Positions 1 through 10,334 of a stretch of DNA of 64,000 bases are shown here, in pieces. The stretch's first letter is position 1. Each line of letters opens with the position of its first letter. The stretch is taken from contig CALSSE010000007.1 of assembly GCA_943788935.1 (NCBI GenBank), positions 227,871 through 291,870 of the forward strand, in the 5' to 3' direction. The position numbers and the translations under genes are program-made. This stretch comes from an uncultured bacterium. Lineage in GTDB: Bacteria > Myxococcota_A > Bradymonadia > UBA7976 > VGTA01. The notes below the pieces were generated by a model. It saw only the letters and a program-made list of their open reading frames with translations. It had not been told where the DNA came from and did not search any database.

Positions 1-2384
1 AAACGAGCTCCAATCTCCCATTCAGAGTTTAGCTTATATTGAGCGATCATCGTTAAAATATGAGTCTGATCGAGGGAGAATAGGCGGTAGTCTTCGGCGC
101 CTGAATCTTTTCGTTCTGAGCGCATCAGTGTGTAGCTTACCCATCCAAAAAAGCGACTCGTTAAGTTATGGCGGAATAGCACCTCTAGCCCATAAATACG
201 ACCTGAACCATTGTTGTCATACCTGAGTATCGGGTCATCAATGGGGCTAACCGAGCCATATAGATGCTTATAAAACCCGACAACATCGATATCCAAATTT
301 TGGCTTAAACTATGCTCATAACCGAGCGAGAAGTGGGCGCTATGCTCAAGCAACAGGTCAGGGTTTCCATAAGTCGCGTCTGTTTCATCAGGAGAGGGTC
401 TTTGAGAGTAGCGTCCGACCCCTCCTTTGATGGTTCCTATCGGTTTGCCTTCGTTGTCTCGTAAGAGAGTATATCGAGCGTTGACTCTAGGATCAGGAGC
501 TACATCTCCGAGGTACGTGTCTACGTCTACTCGGGCACCGGGGAGGAGTAAGAGATTATCTGTAGGCCTCCATTGAGCTTCAAGCCACAGAGCAGGGTTA
601 TAGAACTGGAAGTCTCTATCGGTCTGTTTGATATCGAGTGTGCTTAATGGCGCCTGTCCCCCTTGGCCCTCTTTACGAGTCGGTTGGGGGAGCTTGAGTT
701 TGATCGTTCCTAAATAGGCTTCTCCTTCGAACCCTCCTCGCAATGTGAACTGATCACTCTTCTTCCAGGTGAGCTCATCTCGCAGAGTGATCACATTCAC
801 ATCATTTTGGAAACTAAGCTGATCACCAAGGGAGAACTCGAGCTTATTTTGACCTGTAGCGACGCTGAGGTGATGCTTAAGCGTTGAAGAAATCCGATAA
901 TCCCAAGCGCTATACAGCCTCATCAACGAGGTCTTGTTGCGAAGAGTCCCTTGAACGGTGGGGTTGTTCTCTACGGGGTCATTGATGACGAGTTGTAGCT
1001 GATCATCAGAGCCGAAGAAATAAAGCCTGACTCGATGCTTATTTTTTTTCCAATCATAGAGCGCTTGATAATCGTAATACCGAGGAGCAACGACAAAGCT
1101 AATCACGTCTTCGGGGAGTGAACCAAGCGCAGCGTCGATATAGCTTCGTCGTCCAGCGATGGCCAAGGTCGCGTTCTCTGAGACAGGGCCTTCGAAGAGA
1201 AGACCGGCATCAAAGATATCGGCCTCTACTCGAGCATGAAAGCGGTCATCTCGCGGACGACGAAATCGGGCATCCACAATGCCGCCTGTAAAACGTCCAA
1301 ACTCGGGGGTGAAATTGCCCGGGTAAAACTCGATACTCTCTAAAAGTTCACTAGGAAAGATGCTCCTTATGCCCCCAAAGTGAAACACTAGGGGAATAAA
1401 GTGTCGGTTGATCGTCGACCCCGAGTCACCGGGGTTACTACCACGGATTACCAAACCACCGCCACCAAAGGGAATACGAGCCACACCCGGCAGGTTTTGC
1501 ACAACCTTTAGAGCGTCTCCTTGGGTGCCAGGAATTTTCCGTATCTCCTCCATCGTTAAGGTTCGCTTGGCGACCTCTTTCTTAGCTCGTCGTCCAACGA
1601 CAGTGATTGAGTTGTCACCCTGCCCTGCTTTAGGCTCAAGATAGTACTTAACGATGGTCTCTCGCTTGGCGGTGATCTCCTCGATGTCGAGTAAGGTGTA
1701 GTGTGCTTCGTCATTCACCTCTATTTTGACCTTCCCCGGCACCAAGTCTGTGAACTCAAAGCGACCCTCAGCATCAGTAAAAGTCTCTATGTCGCGATCG
1801 ATTAAGCGTATGGTGAGCGCTGCGAGTGGAGCGCGAGTGCCCTTCTCGATGATGAGTCCGCTCAGCTGACCAGTCTCAATATCTTGTTCGACTTCAGTGA
1901 TCTCTTCGGTGAAGGTAAATTCATACTTAAAGGCGATCTGAACCGCAGCAGGCTTTCCGTCAATCTCTGCGGGAGAGAAGACAAACTTTTCAGCTGCGCT
2001 CACTGCCAATTGATCAAAGGCATGTGGACTATTCGCTGATTGTTGTACGGCGACCTCGGTCACTTTACCGCTCTCGTCAAGCGTTAAGAGCATTACGACT
2101 GCGGCCTCTATTTTGTCAGTCTTGGCGCTTTCAGGATAATCAGCATCAACAAAAGTGATCAACTCAGGTGCCTTGGTCAATTGACCCGTAGCCTCTTGAG
2201 GTGCCTGAGGAGTCTCGGGAGTCTCTGTTGAGCCCGAAGCGTTCTCAGTGGATACCGGTTGCCCTGTCTCACTTTGGCTCTCAGATGTTGGAGGTATAAT
2301 ATCTTCAGCAAAAGAAACATAGGGAACAGATAATAAGACTGAGATGAAGAGATAATAGAAGAGATGGGTGAGGAGCTGATTCAT
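1..2384 (-). CDS. TonB-dependent outer-membrane receptor (N-terminal part; C-terminus runs past the window start)
   Basis: The reverse-strand ORF starts at ATG 2384-2382. The N-terminus reads MNQLLTHLFYYLFISVLLSVPYVSFA, a signal peptide. Translating the reverse complement of ~1440-1640 gives a classic plug-domain stretch: ...ITVVGRRAKKEV...TMEEIRKIPGTQGDALKVVQNLPGVARIPFGGGGLVIRGS. No stop occurs before the window edge. It is absent from the ORF track because it is partial. Confidence 0.75.
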   Translation of the reverse strand, partial: MNQLLTHLFYYLFISVLLSVPYVSFAEDIIPPTSESQSETGQPVSTENASGSTETPETPQAPQEATGQLTKAPELITFVDADYPESAKTDKIEAAVVMLLTLDESGKVTEVAVQQSANSPHAFDQLAVSAAEKFVFSPAEIDGKPAAVQIAFKYEFTFTEEITEVEQDIETGQLSGLIIEKGTRAPLAALTIRLIDRDIETFTDAEGRFEFTDLVPGKVKIEVNDEAHYTLLDIEEITAKRETIVKYYLEPKAGQGDNSITVVGRRAKKEVAKRTLTMEEIRKIPGTQGDALKVVQNLPGVARIPFGGGGLVIRGSNPGDSGSTINRHFIPLVFHFGGIRSIFPSELLESIEFYPGNFTPEFGRFTGGIVDARFRRPRDDRFHARVEADIFDAGLLFEGPVSENATLAIAGRRSYIDAALGSLPEDVISFVVAPRYYDYQALYDWKKNKHRVRLYFFGSDDQLQLVINDPVENNPTVQGTLRNKTSLMRLYSAWDYRISSTLKHHLSVATGQNKLEFSLGDQLSFQNDVNVITLRDELTWKKSDQFTLRGGFEGEAYLGTIKLKLPQPTRKEGQGGQAPLSTLDIKQTDRDFQFYNPALWLEAQWRPTDNLLLLPGARVDVDTYLGDVAPDPRVNARYTLLRDNEGKPIGTIKGGVGRYSQRPSPDETDATYGNPDLLLEHSAHFSLGYEHSLSQNLDIDVVGFYKHLYGSVSPIDDPILRYDNNGSGRIYGLEVLFRHNLTSRFFGWVSYTLMRSERKDSGAEDYRLFSLDQTHILTMIAQYKLNSEWEIGAR

Positions 2385-2443
2385 AAAGAGACCTTGCGCG
2401 TAAATAGAGTATGTAGGTCGGAGGGAGAGCGCGGAGAGGACTC

Positions 2444-3235
2444 TCATTCAATCACAAAAGTCACTGTGACTTTTTTGCTACTCCGTACAGGCTTGCCGCC
2501 TCGCTTCGCTGGGGAGTACCGCCATTTTTTCAAGGCTGACAAAGCGGCTTTATCTAAGCCATAGCCCAAACCTTTAATCACTTTGGAGCGGACCACACGA
2601 CCCTTGGTATTGATGGTCACTAGTAAGATGACCGATCCTTCTATACCCTCGCTGAGTCCTTCTGCAGTGTACTTGGGCTTGACTTTTACCTTCACCTTGG
2701 CCTCGACATAAACCGGTGTTGGGCTCCCTTCTTGAGTTCGCTTACCCGGTGTCGCTTTTTCGGTTACAGCTGCTTTGAGCTTACCTTTAGGCTTACCATA
2801 CATGGTATTACCGACCTGTACCACCGGCCCCTTACCCCCTTTAACGGTGCTCTTCAGTGTTAAACCTGTGATCACGGGCGGGGGTTTCTTTGGTGGCTTG
2901 GGTGGAGGCTTCTGAGGTTGCTTCGCCTTTGGCTTTTTTTTGCGTTTCTTACGCTTCTTACGCTTCTTACGCTTCTTTTTAGGCTTGGGCTTGGGCTTAG
3001 GCTTAGGCTTAGGCTTAGGCTTCTCTACTTTAGGCTTGGGCTTGGGCTTGGGCTTGGGCTTGACAAAGGTCATTGTCACCGCTGATCGCCGGTTCTTCTT
3101 TGGCGGCTCGATCTGAGAGATTCCAAAGAAACCGCCTGCTTGTATGGCAAAAGCGATGACTAAGCCTAAGGCGAAACGTCGCCAACGAGTCCCTTTCTCC
3201 GGCTCGTCTTCAAGCGCATGCAAGGTCGTCATCAC
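2444..3235 (-). CDS. tonB: Energy transducer TonB
   Basis: It has an N-terminal membrane anchor. A long Pro/Lys-rich spacer carries KPKP x many and KKRKKRKK. The C-terminal TonB domain reads ...GSVILLVTINTKGRVVRSKVIKGLGYGLDKAALSALKKWRYSPA.... Its stop overlaps the exbD start. Confidence 0.8.
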   Translation of the reverse strand: MMTTLHALEDEPEKGTRWRRFALGLVIAFAIQAGGFFGISQIEPPKKNRRSAVTMTFVKPKPKPKPKPKVEKPKPKPKPKPKPKPKKKRKKRKKRKKRKKKPKAKQPQKPPPKPPKKPPPVITGLTLKSTVKGGKGPVVQVGNTMYGKPKGKLKAAVTEKATPGKRTQEGSPTPVYVEAKVKVKVKPKYTAEGLSEGIEGSVILLVTINTKGRVVRSKVIKGLGYGLDKAALSALKKWRYSPAKRGGKPVRSSKKVTVTFVIE

Positions 3236-3744
3236 TTACCCTTAGAGTCAGTCATCGTCTCGGGCGAATTTGCCGTAGAGCCCTCTTCACCCTCAGCGAC
3301 ATCTTCATCGATATCTTCATCAACGATAGGATCGTTATCAGGGTCAATATTGATAGCGAAGGAGGTGAGCCCATTCACTCTGATGAGATCGATGAGCTTC
3401 ACAACCTCTCCATGCGGAACACCTCGATCTGCCGCGATCATCGCTTGGGCATTCTTCTCTTTGGCGAGAGCCTTACTCGCCTCTCCGACAGCCTTTATCG
3501 TAGATAACTCGCCATTTAAAAATAGGCGACCATCACTCTTTAAGATGAGAGCGATCGACTTGTTCTCAGCGTTTATTTCCTCGCCGGACGCAGCTTTAGG
3601 GAGGTTGACCTCGATGGCCTCTTTAACAATATAGTTAGAGGCGACCATAAAGATAATTAAGAGAACGAGCATCACATCAACAAGTGGAGTGACATTGATC
3701 CCAGTAATCCCATCGTCATCGTCCATGTCAGCACCACCAGCCAT
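3232..3744 (-). CDS. exbD: Biopolymer transport protein ExbD/TolR, with an unusual acidic C-terminal extension
   Basis: It carries the ExbD signature ITGINVTPLVDVMLVLLIIFMV followed by a periplasmic domain. The stop/start of the neighbouring genes are coupled on both sides. Confidence 0.8.
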   Translation of the reverse strand: MAGGADMDDDDGITGINVTPLVDVMLVLLIIFMVASNYIVKEAIEVNLPKAASGEEINAENKSIALILKSDGRLFLNGELSTIKAVGEASKALAKEKNAQAMIAADRGVPHGEVVKLIDLIRVNGLTSFAINIDPDNDPIVDEDIDEDVAEGEEGSTANSPETMTDSKGK

Positions 3745-4460
3745 TACCGCTCCTCATTATCTTGTGGAGTGGAGGTACTTGATACTCTAGAGACATCTTG
3801 ACCTAAGCCAGAGCCCAGTGGAGTCAGCTCTTTCTCGTTTGTCTGCCCAAGGTGAGCCATAACGATACGCATCAAGAAATCGGTATTGCTTAGTCGCTCT
3901 TTTACTTCAGACTTAAACCAATTGAAGAGGACAACGGCAGGGATCGCCACAAAGAGACCAACCGCGGTCGCTACCAGTGCTTCTGAGATCAGAGGTCCGA
4001 TCACTTCAAGCCCGCCTTTGGGATTTTCTCCTAGTTTCTTAAAAGCTAGAATGATCCCGATAACGGTGCCGAAGAGACCGATAAATGGGGTGTTGTTACC
4101 GATCGTTCCAAAGTAGCTTAAATACCTATTATAACGCTGTCTTTCACGAGCGAGAGCGCTGAGCATAATCTGCTCGACATACACCGACCCTCGATCATAT
4201 TGGGAGAGTCCATCAGCGATCACTCTCTGCTCCATCGATAGGCCTTCTGCGAGCGATTTCTTCGCCTTAAGTGGCTGTCGTTTATCCAAAAAGTCTACTA
4301 GTGCTCTCGCCATCTCGGGCGCATTCACTTTAGTCTTGTTTAAAAGTAGAAATCGTTCGATAGCGATGACGATCATTCCGAAGCCCAAAAGGAGCATGAG
4401 CCACATGACCCACTCCGCCCCAAGCTCTGCAAACTTCTCAAATGTATGTATAATATTCAT
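3744..4460 (-). CDS. exbB: MotA/TolQ/ExbB proton-channel protein
   Basis: It has three TM segments and the ExbB-like core GLFGTVIGIILAF...GPLISEALVATAVGLFVAIPAVVLFNWF. It is translationally coupled to exbD. Confidence 0.8.
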   Translation of the reverse strand: MNIIHTFEKFAELGAEWVMWLMLLLGFGMIVIAIERFLLLNKTKVNAPEMARALVDFLDKRQPLKAKKSLAEGLSMEQRVIADGLSQYDRGSVYVEQIMLSALARERQRYNRYLSYFGTIGNNTPFIGLFGTVIGIILAFKKLGENPKGGLEVIGPLISEALVATAVGLFVAIPAVVLFNWFKSEVKERLSNTDFLMRIVMAHLGQTNEKELTPLGSGLGQDVSRVSSTSTPQDNEER

Positions 4461-4737
4461 AAATGTTAATCTCTAATGGACACTAAAAATAAAGGATCAA
4501 AGATAGGGTAAATCATGGTGCTCACATATCAGAGAAGCCTAGTGTACGTCTACCCTTACTACAAGATGGCCGAGCGAGCATTTGAGAGAAGGGGTCAAAT
4601 AACTAAACAAATATATGATTCATAATTACAGATGAGGTCTCATGATCTATGTACATATTTTGTCAGATCAATGATGAAGTGATTTTACAGGATTTTCCCA
4701 GATCACTTTTTTATCAATGGAAATGACTTCTATCGAC

Positions 4738-7080
4738 TCAGTCTTCTGCTTCGGTAGGAGCCTCGCTATTCCCTACGTTTCTCGTTACTCGAACACCAAT
4801 ATTGGCTGAACGTATGCTAGGGCTCATCTCCAATCGATATGTTGAGGTGAGAGTCTCGGGACCGGTATTCCAGCTACCTCCACGGATCACCTTAGAAGCA
4901 GACACTCCAGGGCTAGCAGACCCATCGGTCGGAGTGCTGTTGTAATTGGGTGAATAGCCATCAGCTGTCCACTCCCACACGTTGCCGCCCAGATCACAGA
5001 TCCCTAGAGAGTTATCACCTGCGGGAGAGCGGTCACAAATAGGAGACGTTGAGCCTGCTCCGCAGCCTTGACCAAGGGCGCTATCATCATAACTTGCTTC
5101 AGAACAGGTCGGCGCACCCTCTCCCCACGGATATCTAGCGTCATTACGATTTAAGCGCGCAGCATATTCCCATTCCGCTTCGGTGGGGAGACGGCCACTA
5201 AGGTATTCTGCGACCTCAGTCGCCTCTGCCCAATTGAGCGCGTTGATTGGATGAGCTGCTCGGCCGGGTGTATGCCAATTTGAATCATTACTGATCGGGG
5301 TGTCACAGATATTATCGAGGACACACTGCAGGTATTGAGCGACGCTCACTTCTGCCCTCGCCATCTCAAAAGTGGGCACTCGAACAGGGTGGATCGGGCG
5401 CTCGTTGATACGGTCGCTCCAACCCATAAGGAAGTCTCCACCTCTGACACAGATCCACTCGACATTTGTCTCTTCCACATAGCGGACAATTTCTCCCTCA
5501 TCAGTAGCACCATCACAATCATCATCGATGTCATTGCAGCTCTCTTCCGAGCCTGTTGATGGTGTCGCGTCACAGACGAGCTCACTTCGGTCGCTATCAC
5601 AGCGTAGCGTACTCTCATTGGCACAAGCACCTACGCCAACAGTACAGACCTCACCGACACCCATCGCTTCTTCGTCTAACTGGCCGTCGCAGTCATCATC
5701 GATATCGTTACAGAGCTCTACTTCAGGAGCGATCACTTCGGCGTCACACACGATAGCGGCGCTTGATCCATCGCAAGCGAAGACTCCTTGACTGCGGCAG
5801 AGCCCACGACCAATCGTACAGCCATCACCTACGGTAGAGACCTCCTCATCTACTCGACCATCACAATCGTCATCAACGTTATTACACACCTCCGCGACGG
5901 GTTCACTTGGACTCTGAGAGCAGATCAATTCATGTGCAAGCGTATCACAGGTATAGACACCAAAGCGTGAGCAAGCGCCCACGCCTACTTCACATCCCTC
6001 ACCCGCCCCAAGAGATTCTTCATCAATCTCTCCGTCACAGTCGTCATCAATCCCGTTACAGGCCTCTTGTTGGGGTCTAGTAGGGGTCGCATCACAGATG
6101 AGCACACCGGTCTCATCAGCGCAGATTAATCGCCCTTCCACTGCGCAAGTACCTTGTCCAACCACACAGCTCATCCCAGTGTTTGGGAGCTGTTCATCAG
6201 TACGTCCATCGCAGTCATCATCTCGACCGTTACATGCTTCGGGGGCAGGTGATCCGCCGGTGACACTACAGATAATCCGCTCCTCTAAGGGTTTGCAGAG
6301 AGTGATTCCTTCCTCAAAACAACCACCGACTCCCGATCCACACTCGATCCCCACTCCAATAATATCCTCGTCAATCTCTCCATCACAATCATTATCGAGA
6401 CCATCACAGCGCTCAGAATCAGAGTAGTCTGTTAGACTCTCATAGCTTGGCTCTTGAAAAGCACCATCGACGCATACTTGGTCTAAGCCTTGGCAGACGC
6501 CTAAAATCTTGAGCGCTCGTGGCGCCTCATCGACAAAGCCATCACAGTCATTATCTAGATCATCACAGAGCTCTTGATTATCAGCGTAACCAGTGATTGC
6601 TGCGTAATTAGGGTTTACAAATACGCCGGATGGAGAGCAAATCATTCGACTTCCTCCACAGACCCCACGCTGATTATCTGCGGGAGGTCCTTCATCGACT
6701 ACTCCATCCCCGTCATCATCATCTTGATTACATACTTCTTGAGTGGCAGGAACGCACTCGCCTCCTCTAAACAGGCCTCCGACCACACTGCGTTGACAAA
6801 ACAGTCCACTAGCACATGGTGTTCCGCAACTTTCACAGTTCTCTCGACCGATTTCACTACATCGAGCGTCTAGAGGGAAATCATCCACTCCATTTAATAC
6901 TCCATCCGAGTCAGCGTCCAGGAGCGCACACTCATTATCTTGAGGAGGACATGCAGAGGCAGCCGTAGAATCATTATCTTCTTTATCGTTATTATCGCAA
7001 GCAACGACAAATAGAGCTAATATTAAAGTGATCCCAAACTGTAAAAAAGCACGGGAATACATTAGTTTGTGTACATTCAT
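4738..7080 (-). CDS. Lipoprotein with ~9 MopE-like Cys/Asp-rich putative metal-binding repeats and a C-terminal FGE/SUMF1 domain
   Basis: A lipobox is present (LALFVVAC). The motif C-x-x-[LI]-D-[ND]-D-C-D-G-x-x-D-E recurs ~9 times, e.g. CDGLDNDCDGEIDE and CNGIDDDCDGEIDE. The C-terminal ~260 aa match the FGE-sulfatase domain (GGDFLMGWSDRINERPIHPVRVPTFEMARAEVSVAQY...WEWTADGYSPNY...RGGSWNTGPE). Confidence 0.7.
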   Translation of the reverse strand: MNVHKLMYSRAFLQFGITLILALFVVACDNNDKEDNDSTAASACPPQDNECALLDADSDGVLNGVDDFPLDARCSEIGRENCESCGTPCASGLFCQRSVVGGLFRGGECVPATQEVCNQDDDDGDGVVDEGPPADNQRGVCGGSRMICSPSGVFVNPNYAAITGYADNQELCDDLDNDCDGFVDEAPRALKILGVCQGLDQVCVDGAFQEPSYESLTDYSDSERCDGLDNDCDGEIDEDIIGVGIECGSGVGGCFEEGITLCKPLEERIICSVTGGSPAPEACNGRDDDCDGRTDEQLPNTGMSCVVGQGTCAVEGRLICADETGVLICDATPTRPQQEACNGIDDDCDGEIDEESLGAGEGCEVGVGACSRFGVYTCDTLAHELICSQSPSEPVAEVCNNVDDDCDGRVDEEVSTVGDGCTIGRGLCRSQGVFACDGSSAAIVCDAEVIAPEVELCNDIDDDCDGQLDEEAMGVGEVCTVGVGACANESTLRCDSDRSELVCDATPSTGSEESCNDIDDDCDGATDEGEIVRYVEETNVEWICVRGGDFLMGWSDRINERPIHPVRVPTFEMARAEVSVAQYLQCVLDNICDTPISNDSNWHTPGRAAHPINALNWAEATEVAEYLSGRLPTEAEWEYAARLNRNDARYPWGEGAPTCSEASYDDSALGQGCGAGSTSPICDRSPAGDNSLGICDLGGNVWEWTADGYSPNYNSTPTDGSASPGVSASKVIRGGSWNTGPETLTSTYRLEMSPSIRSANIGVRVTRNVGNSEAPTEAED

Positions 7081-7259
7081 GTTAAGATGACCTCAGTGAT
7101 GAAGGAGAGTAAGGATAAACTCACGCTCTCCTCGCGAGATGTATAATAATCTAAGTTATAGACCAACTTTGATCGATGGTGAAGACTTCTGATTGACTTT
7201 TAAACTTCTGAGTAGAGACAGATATTTATTAAAGCCTTATGACCTCTCCATTAGTCTCT

Positions 7260-7721
7260 CTATAGCTGTAAAATCCATTGAGGGAGTAGAGAAGGGTTCA
7301 CATAGTCGGCGAAGACCTCGGGGAGAGAAGCTATGATCCAATAACGGGCGAAACGACCTGTGAATAACAGAGGCACGAGGAGGCTCACCCGTGCTTTGAC
7401 AGTCGCCGCAGCGATACAGCTAATATTAACGGGGGGAACGCCTACGAAAGAGGCCCAAGCCACCAATTTAGGCGCATGTCTCTGATATAGTGGTAGGTCA
7501 GCTCTCTCTCTTAATTTTCTGACTCTCTCCCAGCGTTCAGCGAGCTGGCCTCCAAACACACAAAGCAATGTGAAACCGATAGTCTGACCAAGTGCTAAAG
7601 ACGCTGCGAGAGCGAGCGATGAGCAGTCTTTAAGCGCCCAAATAATAGCGATAGCCTCACAGCTAATAAATATAAGGATCGGTGAGGGGATGACCGCTAA
7701 GGCGATCCAAAAGTAGACCAT
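7260..7721 (-). CDS. Small integral membrane protein (hypothetical)
   Basis: It is a 153-aa ORF with 3-4 hydrophobic segments. It lies 4 bp downstream of the 7726-8964 gene, on the same strand as the exbB cluster. Confidence 0.45.
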   Translation of the reverse strand: MVYFWIALAVIPSPILIFISCEAIAIIWALKDCSSLALAASLALGQTIGFTLLCVFGGQLAERWERVRKLRERADLPLYQRHAPKLVAWASFVGVPPVNISCIAAATVKARVSLLVPLLFTGRFARYWIIASLPEVFADYVNPSLLPQWILQL

Positions 7722-7725
7722 GAGC

Positions 7726-8964
7726 TCACTCGCTGTCGGGACATGCGTTTGGCATATTCTCGGGGGCCATCTCTCCAGGAGTCCATTGATTGGCGAAGAG
7801 GGTCGTACCCTCTAAATCTAGCATGAGGGGACTCCGAGCTTCTCCTGCGGCCTTACCACACCAGATAAGCTCAGACCGGTCATCAGTAGGAGGGAGGATA
7901 AGCCCGCCGATGAGCAGATCTCCCTCGACTCTGATCGCTCCATCTAAAATGAAATTCGGCATCCATACTTCAAATGTTCCTTCGGCGCTGACGCCAGAGG
8001 AGAAGCGCACTAAGGGCTCAGCGTCAAGAGGGTCTACCTCTCGTCTAAGCGTTCCATCGATGAGCCCTCCCTCTGCCCCCTCTATCACCATATCTGTCCG
8101 CGGTGCGGTATAATTGAGAGAGGCCCAAAGTTTGAGAGGGACCGGAGCTGGGAGCGACACATTCATTAACCAATGGCCAGAGATATCAGCGGGTGCGCTG
8201 TCGGCTCTCGCCAGTGAGGGGAGCTCAGGTCGGGTAGGTTCAGACTCGGCTCCACTGGTCTCTTCACCAGCTTCTTCGCCGGCCTCTTCACCGGCCTCTT
8301 CACCGGCTTCTTCGCCGGCCTGTCCATCATTCTCGTCTCCGCGACAGCGAGTAGGGACCTCTGCTAGGGTGAGCTGAGCATCATCGTCGCGAAGCGCCCC
8401 AAAAGTGCTCCCTTGGAGGTCGAGGGTGAGTGGTACGGTCACTGATCCAGTAGCGGCACCACAGAATTCATCAGCCCCTTGAGTATTGCTCTCTAGATAG
8501 ACAATGGCTTCGACAGCGGTGGTCACATTTAAGATTTCAGGATCTAATATGAGCGGATTAGCAGTTAAGGTAAACCGACCTGCTGTATCGAGCACAGGAT
8601 CAGGACTCACGACCACAATAGGCTCTTCTATCGCAGGATCTTGTCTCTCTAGCCATATCTCAGCTTGGAAGGTGTGAGTCTCCATATCTTCTAGCTCTGA
8701 GGGCCACTCGATAGCGCTGATTTTAACTCTCAGTCCTAAGTCAATCCCCGCGCTCAACCGAGCGTTCAGCAACCACATTCCCCTGAGATCTTCAAGCTGA
8801 GAGCTGCTCTCGAGCTCATTAATCTCTGGTCTAAAACTGGTCGTTCGGGACTTAAAGTCATCATAGTCTCGTTGAGGGAGATCTTCACAAGCCGCTAACA
8901 AAGACAGGGAGAGGCATAGCCAACACCCCGTAATAAATCTAAAATAGTGGGCGAGCGTGTTCAT
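7726..8964 (-). CDS. Hypothetical lipoprotein with an (EEAG)x5 repeat
   Basis: A lipobox is present (SLLAAC). An internal tandem peptide repeat GEEAGEEAGEEAGEEAGEE is encoded by a 12-bp DNA repeat. The gene directly abuts the upstream 8965-10329 gene. Confidence 0.5.
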   Translation of the reverse strand: MNTLAHYFRFITGCWLCLSLSLLAACEDLPQRDYDDFKSRTTSFRPEINELESSSQLEDLRGMWLLNARLSAGIDLGLRVKISAIEWPSELEDMETHTFQAEIWLERQDPAIEEPIVVVSPDPVLDTAGRFTLTANPLILDPEILNVTTAVEAIVYLESNTQGADEFCGAATGSVTVPLTLDLQGSTFGALRDDDAQLTLAEVPTRCRGDENDGQAGEEAGEEAGEEAGEEAGEETSGAESEPTRPELPSLARADSAPADISGHWLMNVSLPAPVPLKLWASLNYTAPRTDMVIEGAEGGLIDGTLRREVDPLDAEPLVRFSSGVSAEGTFEVWMPNFILDGAIRVEGDLLIGGLILPPTDDRSELIWCGKAAGEARSPLMLDLEGTTLFANQWTPGEMAPENMPNACPDSE

Positions 8965-10329
8965 TTAGAGGCTCCATTTCAGATTAAAGGTCATGTACTG
9001 ACGCTGGTCGGTATAATCACCGTCAGTCGACGGAGATTGACGACTGTTACTCACTCGCCGATCAAAGAAGTATTGATAAAAGAAGGAGCTATTGAGACTC
9101 AACGAGTCGGTGAGAGGGAGGGTGATCCCAACACCTAGCTCAAGTTGATCATGCTCTGCGAGCCCCGGTTCATGATATTCCTCTGGAGTTGCCCCCTCTT
9201 CATAACTGAGGCCGGTGTTGAGCTGTACTCGCTCAGAGATGCTGTAATCAAGACGGAGGCGGTAGGCGTTGGTGTCTCGGAAGTTTCTCTCGAGCAAGAG
9301 TAGCTCTTGCTGATTGTCAATATTAATAATCTCCTGATTATCCATAATGGACCACAGCTGTCGCTCATATTCTATCCTGAAGCGCATTTCATTTTCGGTA
9401 TAGCCCACCGAGAGGAGATGGCTCTCAGCGACTTGTAGCTGTACTTGAGCATTAGCGGTGGTCTCGGGGGCGTTGGAGTAGAGGACATACGCTTTTCCTC
9501 TGAGCTGGTAAGTGACAGGGAGCCGCCAAGCATATCCTATCTCTAACTGGTCGAGATCGAGCCGCGCTCCTATCGTTGAACTCATCTCAGTGCCTACGGC
9601 GTCATCTAAGAAGACCCTACCCTCTTTCAGCTCACCATCAGGATCAGTTAGCTCATCGCTTTTATCGGCGTTGGCCGCTTTGATTGTACTCAAGGTGGTG
9701 TCGACATAGCTCAACGCAGCTCCAACCGCTAATGGGCCGTATTCTAGCGACATTCCAGCGGCATAGTTAACGAGGAGCATAAAAGTGCTCATTGCGCTCC
9801 AGCGCTGAGGGCCATCATAAGCGCCAGGATAGGCGCTTGAAGCCTCAGGGTCACGATCCCAATCAGCGGTTCCAGCACGAGCGATGTAGATCCCAGCCCC
9901 AAAGCCAAGTCTAAGATCTTTATCGAGGATCATCCCCGAATGAAAAGCAAGGCTTGGGATCATACCCAACGCGGAAGTCGTTGACTCTCCTGCATTCACC
10001 TTTTCTTCCTCGGCCGATAGCCCTTCAGACACCGCTCTATCATATGAGGCTTGACGTGAGATAATACCTAAATGCAGGTCGATTTTCGCTCCATCGGTAT
10101 AGAGGTTAGCGGGATTCCAATACAGAGAATATGCGCTTCGGTCAAGAGGGCCCCCGAGGAGGCCATTAAATCGTCCAACAAAGAAGGGGTTGGCCTCCGT
10201 GACCGATGGAGCCAAACAGAGAGGGAGCGAGAACCCAAAAATGAGGATTAAGCTCAAAGTTAAGTACGACCGATGGCGCGCGTGTGCTGCGCCTTCTAGA
10301 CTCACAGACACGACACACCAATTCAGCAT
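8965..10329 (-). CDS. Outer-membrane protein, possibly of the FadL/OmpP1/TodX transport family
   Basis: It has a signal peptide. The N-terminal region contains an NPA-like motif (YSLYWNPANLYTDG). The sequence is rich in Gly/aromatic residues, looks beta-strand-like, and ends in ...FNLKWSL. The family assignment is tentative. Confidence 0.4.
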   Translation of the reverse strand: MLNWCVVSVSLEGAAHARHRSYLTLSLILIFGFSLPLCLAPSVTEANPFFVGRFNGLLGGPLDRSAYSLYWNPANLYTDGAKIDLHLGIISRQASYDRAVSEGLSAEEEKVNAGESTTSALGMIPSLAFHSGMILDKDLRLGFGAGIYIARAGTADWDRDPEASSAYPGAYDGPQRWSAMSTFMLLVNYAAGMSLEYGPLAVGAALSYVDTTLSTIKAANADKSDELTDPDGELKEGRVFLDDAVGTEMSSTIGARLDLDQLEIGYAWRLPVTYQLRGKAYVLYSNAPETTANAQVQLQVAESHLLSVGYTENEMRFRIEYERQLWSIMDNQEIINIDNQQELLLLERNFRDTNAYRLRLDYSISERVQLNTGLSYEEGATPEEYHEPGLAEHDQLELGVGITLPLTDSLSLNSSFFYQYFFDRRVSNSRQSPSTDGDYTDQRQYMTFNLKWSL

Positions 10330-10334
10330 CAGTC

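Noticed and set aside
5335-6873. Six short ORFs inside or antisense to the 4738-7080 repeat-lipoprotein gene
   Set aside because: They overlap a long ORF that has strong domain support. Their sequences are low-complexity (Ser/Thr/Pro runs) with no motifs.
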